Shown: positions 1 to 10,675, counted from the first letter of the stretch. The stretch is 64,000 bases of DNA from Dethiobacter alkaliphilus (GCA_016841605.1 JAENYV010000001.1:429056-493055); one strand, 5' to 3'. A program made the numbers and translations. The notes: generated by a model not told the origin, from the letters alone.

Positions 1-58
1 AATCAAGAAGAGCAGGCAGCGCTCCCTGACGGGTTTGTCCGATGCAGTTAGGGGCTAC

Positions 59-89
59 AAAACCTTTTATTTGCGCTGTCTGTCGATTA
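59..89 (+). repeat. 31-bp direct repeat, copy 1 (AAAACCTTTTATTTGCGCTGTCTGTCGATTA)
   Basis: Matches 9224-9254 with 2 mismatches, both G/A. Weaker similarity (AATAAG.GG) continues for about 15 bp. Confidence 0.8.
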
Positions 90-308
90 GGAAAATAAGC
101 GGGTTTTTTGAGAGTATTGTGATATAATAATACATCAATGAAAAAAAGATTGAACTATATATATTGCATATTGGGACAAGGGAAAATTTTTATAATGAAT
201 TAAAACGACGGATATAACTAACAAAGGAACAACCTTTCTATATAGGAACGACTGGCTGTTTGTTACTACGGAAAGTTGAATTAAGAAGTTTTGCAAAGGT
301 GATTTCGC

Positions 309-2779
309 TTGAAGAAACTTAAATTATTGAAAAGAGTGCGTATTAACAGAGCTTTGGAAAGTATATTTGATTATCCGCTTACAGTTATTGAAACCCCGAT
401 GGGTTATGGAAAAACTACGGCAGCCAAAGAATTTCTGGCAGCAGGATCCGGACCGGTTATGTGGCTTTCTTTTCTTAACTCCAATGATACGGTCTCTTTT
501 TTTTGGGATGGACTGACAAATGAGATCGGAAAGAACGATGAACAAGCCGGGATGAAACTAAAAAGACTCGGTTTTCCCTCAGATGCGCCCCGAATTAAAT
601 ATATTTTGTCCGTTTTAAACGGTCTGGACTTTGAAAAAAATACAGTGCTGGTAATTGATGATTTTCACCTGGTAAAAGAGACACAAATCAGCGAGCTGAT
701 TTGCCAAATTGTTAAAGAAGAGCTTGCCTTCCTCCATATGGTAATAATCACCAGAGATACTTCAAATCTGGATTTATCCGAGCTGATCGCCAAAGGATTC
801 TGCAATATAATATCTCAAGAGGTTCTAAGGTTTACAAACGATGAAATATGGGATTATTGTGAAATGGCAGGTTACAAGCTTTCTGAGGAAAATTTTGCAA
901 AATATGTGAATACACCGGCGGCTGGATTTCACTTATTTATCTTATTTTGCTCGGGCTGGATAAAGGCATTCCGGTGGGCAGAAACAGTATTATTGATGAA
1001 TTGATTGATAAAGTTATTTATAATACCTATGACCAGCGCATCCGGCAGTTTTTATTAAAGATTGCAGTATTGGACAGTTTTACAGCGGAGCAGGCTTTAT
1101 TTGTTACACAGGAAAACAAGGCCAACGAATTTTTAAAAAAGCTTTGCAGGCAAAACGCCTTTATCAAATATGATGAGGTATTGGAATTTTATAAAATACA
1201 TAATGTATTGCTCGATTTTATAAGAGTTAAACAGCAGGGGTATTCAGAGCTTACGATGCTTTATAAACGGGCAGGTGACTGGTATGTTAAAAAGGAAGAG
1301 TATATCTCAGCTTATGAATATTTTTACCGTGCGGGAGAAACGGAATATATCCTCTCCCTGTTAAACAGTGTAGGTACAGTGACAAACGGCCATGCGCAAT
1401 TTTATGGTTCCTTTAAATTGTTCGAAAGTGTATCTCGCGAGTTGCTTTTTAAGTATCCTATTGCCTATTTGCAATATATCAGTCTTCTTTTATTGAGCGG
1501 AAACGCAAAGGCGGCAGAGAACGGGGCCAAAAGGCTAAATGAACTCGAGAAATATTATGAAAATGCGGAAAATATCTATCCGAACTTAAAAAAATATATG
1601 CTTGCGGAAATCTGTATTATTCGGATTTTTGCTGTATTTAACGATGCTGAGAAGATGATCGAATGCAGTAATAAGGCCTTAGATTTAATTGAAGGAGGGC
1701 AATCCTGCCTGATTAAGAGGAACAGCCCGTTTACTTTTGGTTCCCCGCATTTTCTATATTCCTATTTTAAACAACCTGGTTTTTTAAAACAGACTGTCAA
1801 AACTGTGGCAGCCGGTTTTCCGTCCTTCGCATTATGTTCTGACGGATGTGGTACAGGCTGTGAATACGTTGTCCTTGCCGAATATGCCCTGGAAACAGGT
1901 GACAGGAAATCGGTTGAGCTCAATGCCTTTAAGGCTAAATACAAGGCAAAAACTAAGGAACAGACGGGTATTGTCATATGTGCTGTTTTTACTCTGATCC
2001 GGTTATACATATTAGAGGGAAAAACATCTGAGGGACTGGCGCTTCTCCGTGAGCTCCGGGAGGATGTTGCAAAGGAAAACGACGCCATTTACAACACTAC
2101 GCTTGATTTATGCGAAGGTTATATATACGGCTGTCTGGGGCAGCTTTCTAATATCCCGCTGTGGCTGCAAACAGGGGAAATGTCTCCTGCCAGCTTTCTC
2201 TATCAGGGAATGGCGTTTAATTATATCGTTTACGGTAAAGCAGTGCTTCTTTCCAAAAATTATATTGAACTTGAAATGCTGACCGAAATTTTTCCACAAT
2301 ATTTTTCAATATTAGGAAATCGTTTGGGATTTCTCCATAATCAAATCCTGAATGCAGCGGCTAAATTTCGGCTGTATGGTTCGGCTGAGGGCTGCGCGGC
2401 TATGTACAAGGCTTTGGAAATGGGACAGGAGGATGATATTATTCTGCCTTTCGCCGAGTATTCGCCTGACATTATTGAAATGGTGCGGCATATTGCCGGC
2501 AGAAACACGGAGGATAAATATATAAAAGCCGTGTACAGGTGCTGTCGGCAATATCTGTCTAACCTGAAAAAATTGCCTGGGAGTATGGTTTCACTTTCCC
2601 CAAGAGAGAAAGAGGTTTTGATACTGACCTCAGAAGGCTTAAAAAGGCATGAAATTGCCCAAAGGCTTATGATTTCAGACAGCACAGTAAAGACCCATTT
2701 GGAAAACATATATAGGAAGCTGAAGGTCAGAGGCAAAACGGAGGCGATAAAAAAGGTAGCATTATTGAAAATTGTTTAG
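309..2779 (+). pseudogene. MalT/LuxR-family STAND regulator (P-loop NTPase, TPR-like middle, C-terminal LuxR HTH), split by a frameshift near 885-947
   Basis: ORF 309-1004 carries Walker A 'ETPMGYGKTT' and Walker B 'LVIDDFH'. ORF 947-2779 ends with the LuxR HTH 'LSPREKEVLILTSEGLKRHEIAQRLMISDSTVKTHLENIYRKL'. Reading the second frame upstream from 947 gives 'EYTGGWISLIYLILLGL', the expected continuation, so the two ORFs are one gene in two frames. Confidence 0.75.
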
Positions 2780-2893
2780 AAAAATCCGCCGTTTGGCCGA
2801 TATATAACTAAAAAAAAATCTTTTATTCTTATAAAGGTAAAGGATTTTTTTCTTAATTAAATTAAAAAAAATAATTTGAAATGGAGAATGGTG

Positions 2894-5800
2894 ATGAAGA
2901 AACAAAATTTCAAAACAATATCTGCCATGATGTTTGTCGTCTTTATACTGCAGTTAATACTTCCACATACTGTTTCCACATACTCAGAGACACCTGTGGC
3001 CGCCAGTTTCAGCGAGGACGAGGCGTGCTTTGATGAAAGCGACAGTGATGTTTCAAACGGTACGGCCGGCAACTTTATCACAGTTAGCGATATGGTATAC
3101 ATGGTCGACATGGAGGGGGACGCTGCCCAAGACGCGGCGGGGGACGAAAATATGGCGGAAACGCAGTTTTCGGTAACTTACGGGAGTGAGGCCGTCAGTT
3201 CCGTATCCGCATATCAGGAGCTGATTTCGGCCGTTGCGGCCGCTTCGGATGGCGATATCATTGACATTGCCGCCGATATTGTGGTTGAGGCTGAGGTATC
3301 TGTTTCAAAAAGCCTAATGATTAACGGCAACGGTCATAACATTTCTGTGCCGGTTCCCGGTTTTGCCGATTCGGGAGTTTTCAATACAGATCCCTCGAAT
3401 TTCTGCGTGTTTAACATTGCGTCGGGGACGGTTACGATCAAGGATGCCACAATCAAAGGCGGCGCCAAATCCGGCCGGGGATCAGGTATCTCTGTAACCA
3501 GCGGCGCTACACTATATCTGGATACCGTCACTGTCAGCAATTCCGGAAAATTGGGCTGCTCCGGTGGCGGCATAGTCAACAGCGGCACGGCGTATCTCAA
3601 CAACTGCAACATTATCCGGAACGGTGCTTCATACGGGGGCGGATTTTTAAATTTAAGTTCCGGAAAGATGTTCGTTGAAAACTGCTCATTCAGTGAAAAC
3701 CGCAGCCTGAGCGGCGGCGGTGGCGCCGGGGAAAACCAGGGGTATTTGTACATCAACAATTCCACGTTTTCCAACAATAAGAGCACCGAGCTGGGCGGAG
3801 CCATCAACAACTACCGCGGAACAGGCTATATACTTAACAGCACTTTTACGGGCAACGTGAGTATTCATAGCTCTTACGCCGCCGGCGCTCTGCGATGCAG
3901 TGGTAACTTATATCTTATTAATGATATTTTTGCTTATAATTACGGCTCCGCAAACGGAAGTTCATACAGCCTGAACGATTTCAACACAAGTTTTTGGAGC
4001 GGGGTAACGGCCTACGGCTGCATCTTCCACGGGAGCGTATATTCAGGCGGCGGGGCAAATAATACACAATACAGCGGCAATGCGGACGGCTCGGATGATG
4101 CCCTCTTTACCGGCGGCTCCACATCCCCGGTGCTGGCTGCGGACGGTTCCTTAGTCAGTACTGCGACTGTTTATCAGCCGTACCTTGCCAAGGTCGCCGG
4201 ATCTCTTACGACCTCAGTGCCGCTGAAGTCCGGGAGCAATGCGCTCAGCGCGGGAATTACGACCGCATTTACCAACGGAAACGGAACTCCGGTTATCGGG
4301 TATAAATCGGGTGAAACCTGGACTGAGCTGACCGGCAGCAATCCGGAAAACTATCAGGTAACGGCCGACCAAAACGGCAGTGCAAGATCAGGCTCGGCCC
4401 CCGCGATAGGCGCGGTGGAATCGACAGTTGATACTTTATATATGGTCAAAGTCAATGCGGCCGCACACGGTACCGTTAGCGGCGGCTCTATCTATGGCGA
4501 TACTTATTCCTCCGGTGTTTCGATCACGCTCACGGCCATCCCGGAGAGCGGATATAAGTTCTCCGAATGGCAGGATGCCTCGACTTCAACTAGAATTTCC
4601 GGCGAGAACCCTTATATTTTCGAGGTTACGTCAGATATAACGTTGGTGCCGGTTTTCACGGCGCTGGGAGCGGGTGAGTACACCATTACATATGTCGGTA
4701 ACGGGAATACGTCCGGTGTGGTGCCGGATTGCTCCGGGACGACATACACTGCCCCTGCGACGATCGCCGGCAATACCGGCAATCTCGCCAAAGTGGGATA
4801 TGTTTTTGACGGGTGGAATACCCGTGAGAACGGTTCCGGGACATCATATTCTGCCGGAGATTCATATTCTGCCGGCGAAAATATGACCCTGTACGCCCAA
4901 TGGACGGAAACCACGGCCGCACCCACAGCTTCCGATGTGCAAATCAGCGGTACACCCCAAATGGGTGAAACGCTGACCGGAAGCTATACATATAATGATC
5001 CGAACGGCGGCGGAGAGGGAACAAGCACCTTCAAGTGGTATCGCGCCGACGATTCAAGCGGAACAAACAAAACGGAAATCAGCGGGGCAACCGCAATCAC
5101 ATATGTATCGCAGCCGGAGGATATCGGAAAATATATCAGCTTTGAGGTAACACCTGTTGCGGAGTCGGGGGGCGTCCAGGGAGCCGCGGCGGAAAGTGCC
5201 GCCGTAGGACCGGTTGAAAAGAGCGCGCAGGAGGCCGTTAGCTATGATAATGTGACAAAGACATACGGCGACGCAGACTTTATCCATACTGCAGCGGGCG
5301 GCAGCGGCACCGGGACATTCAGCTATGAATCAAGCGACCCTTCGGTGGCAACGATAGACGCGTCAAACGGCAGCGTTACCATTAAGAAGGCGGGAACATC
5401 AACATTGACAGCAACCAAAGCCGGGGACAGCGAATATCTTCCTGCAAGTCAGGAATGCACATTGACCGTCAATCAAGCGGAACTGACTGCAACAGTCGGA
5501 GATTATAACAAAATCTACGGGGAGGAAAACCCCAGCTTTACGGTTACGGTAACAGGGTTTGTAAGCGGTGAAACCGATCAGACGGCTCTGGACTACATCA
5601 CTCCCATAGCGAGCAGCACGGCGACGGCGGGAACCGGCGCCGGAACAGCGGAGATCACTATCAGCGGCGGCAGTGCGGCGAACTATACATTTGATTTAAC
5701 TGACACGGGAACACTGACCATCAATAAAAAAGATCTGACTGCAACTGCAGCGGCTGACGATAAAACTTATGACGGCGGCACCGCGGCAACGGGAACGATC

Positions 5801-8788
5801 AGCCTGGAAGGGATATACGGCACAGACGACGTTTCGGCGGAGGGAAGCTTTGCGTTTGGCGACGCGAACGTGGGTGCGGATAAAACAGTCAATGTGACGG
5901 GCATCACACTGAAGGGAGCGAAGGCGGGCAACTATACCGCGAATGACACAGCGACCACAACCGCAAAAATAAGCATAAAGGCGGCAACCGTTATCCCCGA
6001 CAGCAGTTTAGGCAAGATTTACTCAAGTTCAGACCCAACCTTAACCTATACTGTCAGCGATTTGGTATACGGCGATTCCCTGACGGGCGCGCTCTCAAGG
6101 GAACCGGGGGAAGATGCGGGAAGTTACGCGATCGTGATCGGCAGCCTTTCAAACATAAACTATCAGCTTACACTGTCACCGGAGAGCTTTACAATCACCC
6201 CGAAAGAACTGACCGTGGTAGGGATAAGCGTCAGCAAAACCTATGACGGAACGGCCGATGCGACACAGTATGTTTCCGGCGCGGCGCTGTCCGGCATCGT
6301 AAACAATGATGATGTGTCCCTTGACGCGGCAAACATGACGGCTGTGTTTGACAATAAGGATATCGGGGCAAATAAAACTGTCACTATCTCCGGATACGCC
6401 CTGACGGGAACTAAGGCGGGCAACTACACAGTGAAACAACCGACAGGAATTACAGGCATTATTACAAGTGAAACGGCTGATGATGTCACCGTTCAAACCA
6501 CAACCAGCTATGACGGAAGCTGGACGAAGGAGGATGTAACGGTAACACTATCCGGAGAGGCGTCGTCCGGCATTCAGAAATATCAATATTCGGTTGATAA
6601 CGGGGTGAATTGGGTTGATATTGACGGCAGCAGCCGGACATTCAATCAGACCATTGACGCGGATGTTATATTTAGAGCAATTAATAACGGCGGCATTGCA
6701 AGCAATCCAAGCGCAGTTGTTACACTAAAGGTTGATAAAACTAAGCCGGTAATTGAGAATATTACGGGCAATCCAACAGAGCCGGTCAATAGCGAACAGG
6801 TGATTGCTTTTGCGGTATATGATGTCAACAGCGGTGTGGATACGCAAAACATAATTGTCAAAAAGGGTGAAACAATCCTTGAAGTGATGACTGAAACCGA
6901 AGGAATATACAGCTTTACCACGCAAGGCAACGGCGAATATCAGATTACTGTTTCCGACAGTACAGGGAATGTTTCCGAAAAGGCTGTTAATGTAATTGAA
7001 CTGGATTTTGATAAGCCGCTGATTTCAACGCTGTCTCCCGCAAATAACGAACTAAATACGGAGGCCGACTCCCTTACCGTTGCATTCAATGAAGATATAA
7101 AAAAGGCAAAGCCGGGCGTGAACGGTGACATTGTTGTTTATCACGCGGACGGAACGGTATTTGAAAGGGTGGATATCCAAAACCACCGTATTAAAATATC
7201 CGGTCAGCAAATGAAAATATACTTTACAAAGCCTTTTGAAAAGAACCAAAGCTATTATGTCAATATCGTCAAAGATATCGTCTGTGATTTAGCCGGCAAT
7301 TCTTTTGACGGTATCGCCGATAAGACAACATGGGCATTCAAAACAAAGGGAGAAATTACCATCAACCGATTGCTGGGAATATACCTTGTCGTGCATGGCG
7401 AACAGTATCCTGCGGTTGTCGACAACTGGGACGATACAAAGTTCAGCACAATCGCGGAGCCGAATACCGACGGCACGGTGGAGGCAGTAATCTCACCCGT
7501 ATTGCTTGACAGCGGAGCGGACGTTGTTATCTCTACGGAGGATGACGGCGTGACAATTACCGGCAGCAGAATCCATATCACCGACACCGCAAAGAAAAAG
7601 GCAACATTTCATATTCAGATTAAAAATGCCGACGGCACAATGGACAGTATGATTTATACGCTGATTATTAACAAGGGATCGATGGAAACCAAGGTGGAAA
7701 ACACAAATATTACGGCTGAATCTTCCGACTTAACCGGCGCGCTGGACGTTTCATCCCATATTACTAACGGAAAACAGCTTCAATTGCTTTTGGATGTGGC
7801 AGATAATGAAAGTACATTAACAGATACGCAAAAATCCGAAATTAAAAGTGTTCTGGGTGACCAGACGATTGCCCTGTATATTGATATTACCCTCATGCTG
7901 AATAATATAACGGACAATACGTCGGATGAGGTTCATAATACGCAAAATCCCATAACAATCAGGATTTTACTACCGGAAAGCATGCGCGGCGGAAGCGATT
8001 ACAAGGTTATCCGTTCGCACAACGGCGTTATAGAAATTATTGAGGCGAAGTTGGACGGCAATTATATCGTGTTTGAAACCGACCGTTTCAGCCAGTATGC
8101 GATAGCCTATACTGAACCGAAGAAAAAACACTCAAGCAGTAGCTCAAGCAGTTCAAGTATTGCAATTGTTATACCTACGGATGAGCACACCCCGTATATA
8201 AACGGCTATTCGGACGGCACGTTCAGGCCCGACAGCATCATATCCCGCGCGGAGGCAGCGGCAATACTCTCCAGACTTTCGGAAAGCTTCAACGAAGATC
8301 AGTATTACGCAAACGGTTTCTCGGATGTTAATCCTCATGTTTGGTACGCAAATTATGTCGGCTTCGGCAGCCAAAACGGAATGATCAAAGGCTATGAGGA
8401 TGGAAGCTTTTTGCCGGACGGGCAAATAACGAGAGCGGAATTCGCGGCGCTGATTGTTCGGTTTAAAGCTTTGTCCGCTTCAGCCGGTTATGACAAAATA
8501 TTTTCGGATATATCCGGCCATTGGGCGGAAGCAAATATTATGAAGCTGTACGCACAGGGCTGGATAACCGGTTATGCGGATAAGACATTTAAGCCGGACG
8601 AACCCATCACTAGGGCGGAGGCAGTAAAAATCATCAATGCCGCCATCGGCAGGACGCCAAGTAAGGAGAAGGTGGACGCGTCCATTGGCAATTACAAAAA
8701 TCCGTTCAGTGATGTTGTGAATAGGCACTGGGCATATTATGAAATATTAGAGGCGGCAGTTGTCCATATAGTAACCGATTTCCATTGA
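2894..8788 (+). CDS. Giant secreted cell-surface protein: signal peptide, right-handed beta-helix (Pmp-like GGAI repeats), Listeria-Bacteroides-type repeats, MBG/YDG repeats, Ig-like/SbsA-like domains, poly-Ser linker, three C-terminal SLH domains
   Basis: N-terminus 'MKKQNFKTISAMMFVVFILQLI' follows a GGAGA RBS (the ORF track opens at a TTG at 2876). Beta-helix repeats include 'GGGFLNLSSGKMFVENCSFSEN' and 'GGAINNYRGTGYILNSTFTGN'. 'GYKFSEWQD' and 'GYVFDGWNT' are Flg_new-type repeats. MBG/YDG repeats recur as 'KTYGDADF', 'KIYGEENPSFT' and 'KTYDGGTAATG'. The poly-Ser linker reads 'HSSSSSSSSS'. The SLH motifs are 'FSDVNPHVWYANYV', 'FSDISGHWAEANIMKL' and 'ITRAEA'. Confidence 0.85.
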   Translation: MKKQNFKTISAMMFVVFILQLILPHTVSTYSETPVAASFSEDEACFDESDSDVSNGTAGNFITVSDMVYMVDMEGDAAQDAAGDENMAETQFSVTYGSEAVSSVSAYQELISAVAAASDGDIIDIAADIVVEAEVSVSKSLMINGNGHNISVPVPGFADSGVFNTDPSNFCVFNIASGTVTIKDATIKGGAKSGRGSGISVTSGATLYLDTVTVSNSGKLGCSGGGIVNSGTAYLNNCNIIRNGASYGGGFLNLSSGKMFVENCSFSENRSLSGGGGAGENQGYLYINNSTFSNNKSTELGGAINNYRGTGYILNSTFTGNVSIHSSYAAGALRCSGNLYLINDIFAYNYGSANGSSYSLNDFNTSFWSGVTAYGCIFHGSVYSGGGANNTQYSGNADGSDDALFTGGSTSPVLAADGSLVSTATVYQPYLAKVAGSLTTSVPLKSGSNALSAGITTAFTNGNGTPVIGYKSGETWTELTGSNPENYQVTADQNGSARSGSAPAIGAVESTVDTLYMVKVNAAAHGTVSGGSIYGDTYSSGVSITLTAIPESGYKFSEWQDASTSTRISGENPYIFEVTSDITLVPVFTALGAGEYTITYVGNGNTSGVVPDCSGTTYTAPATIAGNTGNLAKVGYVFDGWNTRENGSGTSYSAGDSYSAGENMTLYAQWTETTAAPTASDVQISGTPQMGETLTGSYTYNDPNGGGEGTSTFKWYRADDSSGTNKTEISGATAITYVSQPEDIGKYISFEVTPVAESGGVQGAAAESAAVGPVEKSAQEAVSYDNVTKTYGDADFIHTAAGGSGTGTFSYESSDPSVATIDASNGSVTIKKAGTSTLTATKAGDSEYLPASQECTLTVNQAELTATVGDYNKIYGEENPSFTVTVTGFVSGETDQTALDYITPIASSTATAGTGAGTAEITISGGSAANYTFDLTDTGTLTINKKDLTATAAADDKTYDGGTAATGTISLEGIYGTDDVSAEGSFAFGDANVGADKTVNVTGITLKGAKAGNYTANDTATTTAKISIKAATVIPDSSLGKIYSSSDPTLTYTVSDLVYGDSLTGALSREPGEDAGSYAIVIGSLSNINYQLTLSPESFTITPKELTVVGISVSKTYDGTADATQYVSGAALSGIVNNDDVSLDAANMTAVFDNKDIGANKTVTISGYALTGTKAGNYTVKQPTGITGIITSETADDVTVQTTTSYDGSWTKEDVTVTLSGEASSGIQKYQYSVDNGVNWVDIDGSSRTFNQTIDADVIFRAINNGGIASNPSAVVTLKVDKTKPVIENITGNPTEPVNSEQVIAFAVYDVNSGVDTQNIIVKKGETILEVMTETEGIYSFTTQGNGEYQITVSDSTGNVSEKAVNVIELDFDKPLISTLSPANNELNTEADSLTVAFNEDIKKAKPGVNGDIVVYHADGTVFERVDIQNHRIKISGQQMKIYFTKPFEKNQSYYVNIVKDIVCDLAGNSFDGIADKTTWAFKTKGEITINRLLGIYLVVHGEQYPAVVDNWDDTKFSTIAEPNTDGTVEAVISPVLLDSGADVVISTEDDGVTITGSRIHITDTAKKKATFHIQIKNADGTMDSMIYTLIINKGSMETKVENTNITAESSDLTGALDVSSHITNGKQLQLLLDVADNESTLTDTQKSEIKSVLGDQTIALYIDITLMLNNITDNTSDEVHNTQNPITIRILLPESMRGGSDYKVIRSHNGVIEIIEAKLDGNYIVFETDRFSQYAIAYTEPKKKHSSSSSSSSSIAIVIPTDEHTPYINGYSDGTFRPDSIISRAEAAAILSRLSESFNEDQYYANGFSDVNPHVWYANYVGFGSQNGMIKGYEDGSFLPDGQITRAEFAALIVRFKALSASAGYDKIFSDISGHWAEANIMKLYAQGWITGYADKTFKPDEPITRAEAVKIINAAIGRTPSKEKVDASIGNYKNPFSDVVNRHWAYYEILEAAVVHIVTDFH

Positions 8789-8969
8789 TGTCTACCGCGT
8801 CTGCAGGATATGAAACTGTTATAACTATCATGCTACTAATAATGTTTACGCCATTTTGGGGAGTTTACACAAAGTTTAAATCAGATTTCAAAGATAATCA
8901 AAAACGTTGATTTATGATCTGGAGCTAAACCTCCGTCATTAAAGAAAAGAAATGAGACAAAACATTTTT

Positions 8970-9016
8970 GCAATGAGGCCCTGGGAAGAGTGTTCTTCCT
9001 AGGGTTTTTATTTTTT
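8970..9016 (+). terminator. Intrinsic terminator after the giant surface-protein gene; same sequence family as the nifH-leader modules
   Basis: The sequence GCAATGAGGCCCTGGGAAGAGTGTTCTTCCTAGGG forms a hairpin and is followed by TTTTTATTTTTT. Confidence 0.6.
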
Positions 9017-9223
9017 ATGAATGTTCTACCCTACCCTCAAAACCCAAGTTCCGAAAAAGGAACAAAAGTATTACTTAGCTAGCGGCTTACTTTTTACCAG
9101 ACGGGATTCCCAGGTACAGGTTTCATTGTCAAATTAAACGATATAATTTATAATTTACGAAATTCGGTCAGTTACGATCTTAAACCTTACCAACAAATCG
9201 GGCGGGATTAATGCGGTATTTAT

Positions 9224-9254
9224 AAAACCTTTTATTTGCACTGTCTGTCAATTA
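9224..9254 (+). repeat. 31-bp direct repeat, copy 2 (AAAACCTTTTATTTGCACTGTCTGTCAATTA)
   Basis: Matches 59-89. Lies directly upstream of sfsA. Confidence 0.8.
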
Positions 9255-9328
9255 ATAAAAAAATAAGAGGAGCGGATTATCCTTCTCAAAATGTCGAACC
9301 AGAGAGGTCAGGAGGGGAATTTAAGGCT

Positions 9329-10093
9329 ATGGTAAAAAATACGGCAGTTACCTTTGGAACGGCTTTGCAAGAAACGATTTTTTTGGAGAGACCCAACCGT
9401 TTTCTTATCCGGTGTGTATTAAATCGCCATACTGATGAGAATGTTTCCGGCTTTTCCGGATCAGGAGGCGAATTTGTGGAAGCACATCTGCCTGATCCGG
9501 GTCGGCTTAAGGAACTTCTTATTCCCGGGCGGCGAGTATGGCTTCGGCCTGCCAACAATCCCCACAGAAAAACAAGGTGGTCTGCAGTCCTGTGCGAGAA
9601 GCCTGAGGGATCAGGTCTTGTTTCCCTTGATTCAACTCTGCCCAACCGGCTTATTGCCAGGGCCTTAAATGATGGCACTCTGGAAGAATTTAAGGGGTGG
9701 TCGCTGGTTTCTTCCGAGTATAAAATGGGGCGCTCCCGATGGGATTTTTTACTGTCGGAGTCTTCCGGTGCCGGGTCCCGTTTAGTGATTGAAGTAAAAA
9801 GTGTAACGCTTGTGAAAGGCGAGGTGGGGCTCTTTCCGGATGCGATTACGGCAAGGGGAACCAAGCACCTGCATGAACTTGCTCAGCTCGCTCAAAGACC
9901 CGGCTGGAAAGCTTCTGTTCTTTTTGTTCTACAAAGAGATGATGCTATGCGTATTGAGGCAGCCCGGTCTATTGATCCCCTTTTTGCCGATACGCTGGCG
10001 AAGGCCAAAGCCGCGGGCGTTAGTGTATTTGGCCGGAGATGTAAAATTACCCTTAAGAATGTCGTGCTGGGGGACAGGATCCCAGCGGGATAA
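9329..10093 (+). CDS. sfsA: Sugar fermentation stimulation protein SfsA (DNA-binding/nuclease-fold family)
   Basis: Family-typical stretches are 'FLERPNRFLIRCVL', 'VEAHLPDPGRLKELL', 'IEVKSVTL', 'FPDAITARGTKHL' and 'VLFVLQRDD'. The ATG at 9329 lies downstream of a GGAGGGG RBS. Confidence 0.85.
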   Translation: MVKNTAVTFGTALQETIFLERPNRFLIRCVLNRHTDENVSGFSGSGGEFVEAHLPDPGRLKELLIPGRRVWLRPANNPHRKTRWSAVLCEKPEGSGLVSLDSTLPNRLIARALNDGTLEEFKGWSLVSSEYKMGRSRWDFLLSESSGAGSRLVIEVKSVTLVKGEVGLFPDAITARGTKHLHELAQLAQRPGWKASVLFVLQRDDAMRIEAARSIDPLFADTLAKAKAAGVSVFGRRCKITLKNVVLGDRIPAG

Positions 10094-10390
10094 AGACTTT
10101 AAGGAGAGTCAATTTGATAAGATCGTTGGAGAGTGAATTCTTAGGACAATAGAATAATGTCTATCACTACTGCAAAAATAGTAATTAGCGGTGCCATAGA
10201 GACGGTTTGGCGGTTGTTTGGGTGAAATGCCGGACCGGTGCTCCGGTTTCCTGCCTGCAAGTCCTGCGGCTCTTCTTAGCCCTTCGTTTAACTGTCCGGC
10301 TCGCTGTCCTATTACAAAATGGAGGGCAAGGTATTCTATTGACATGTCGGACTGAATAAAGTATCATATTTGTATTGAGGTGATAGCTCA

Positions 10391-10675
10391 ATGAATATTA
10401 AAGACGATATCAGGTCTATCTCTTATATTAAAGCCAATGCAGCTGAAATTTTGGCGCAAGTGAACGAGACTCACCGACCTGTCTATGTTACACAAAACGG
10501 AGAGGCTAAGGCGGTTTTGTTGGATACTGACTCCTTTGAAAAAATGAAAAAGGCTTTCGGTTTATTAAAACTTCTAGCTCAAGGGGAACGTGATGCTGCC
10601 GACGGGAAAGCTTTGTCACAGGAAGAATTTTTTTTATCCGTAGAGCGTGATTTGGCAACAAGGGACCATGACTAA
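10391..10675 (+). CDS. Type II antitoxin, Phd/YefM family
   Basis: This 94-aa protein has the Phd/YefM-like N-terminus 'SISYIKANAAEILAQVNETHRPVYVTQNGEAKAVLL'. It overlaps the downstream toxin gene by 8 nt. Confidence 0.8.
   Translation: MNIKDDIRSISYIKANAAEILAQVNETHRPVYVTQNGEAKAVLLDTDSFEKMKKAFGLLKLLAQGERDAADGKALSQEEFFLSVERDLATRDHD

Noticed and set aside
1-51. A 17-codon open frame ending with TAG at 49-51, possibly the 3' end of an upstream gene.
   Set aside because: It is too short to identify or to confirm as coding.
10195-10320. A G+C-rich, hairpin-prone patch between sfsA and the first TA module, considered as an SRP RNA, tmRNA or riboswitch (cobalamin-like 'GGTGAAATGCC').
   Set aside because: I could not find the diagnostic cores (B12 box GCCACTG, SRP helix-8 motif, tmRNA tag ORF) on either strand. 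It may be a gene relic. It is not supportable as an RNA gene without a covariance-model scan.
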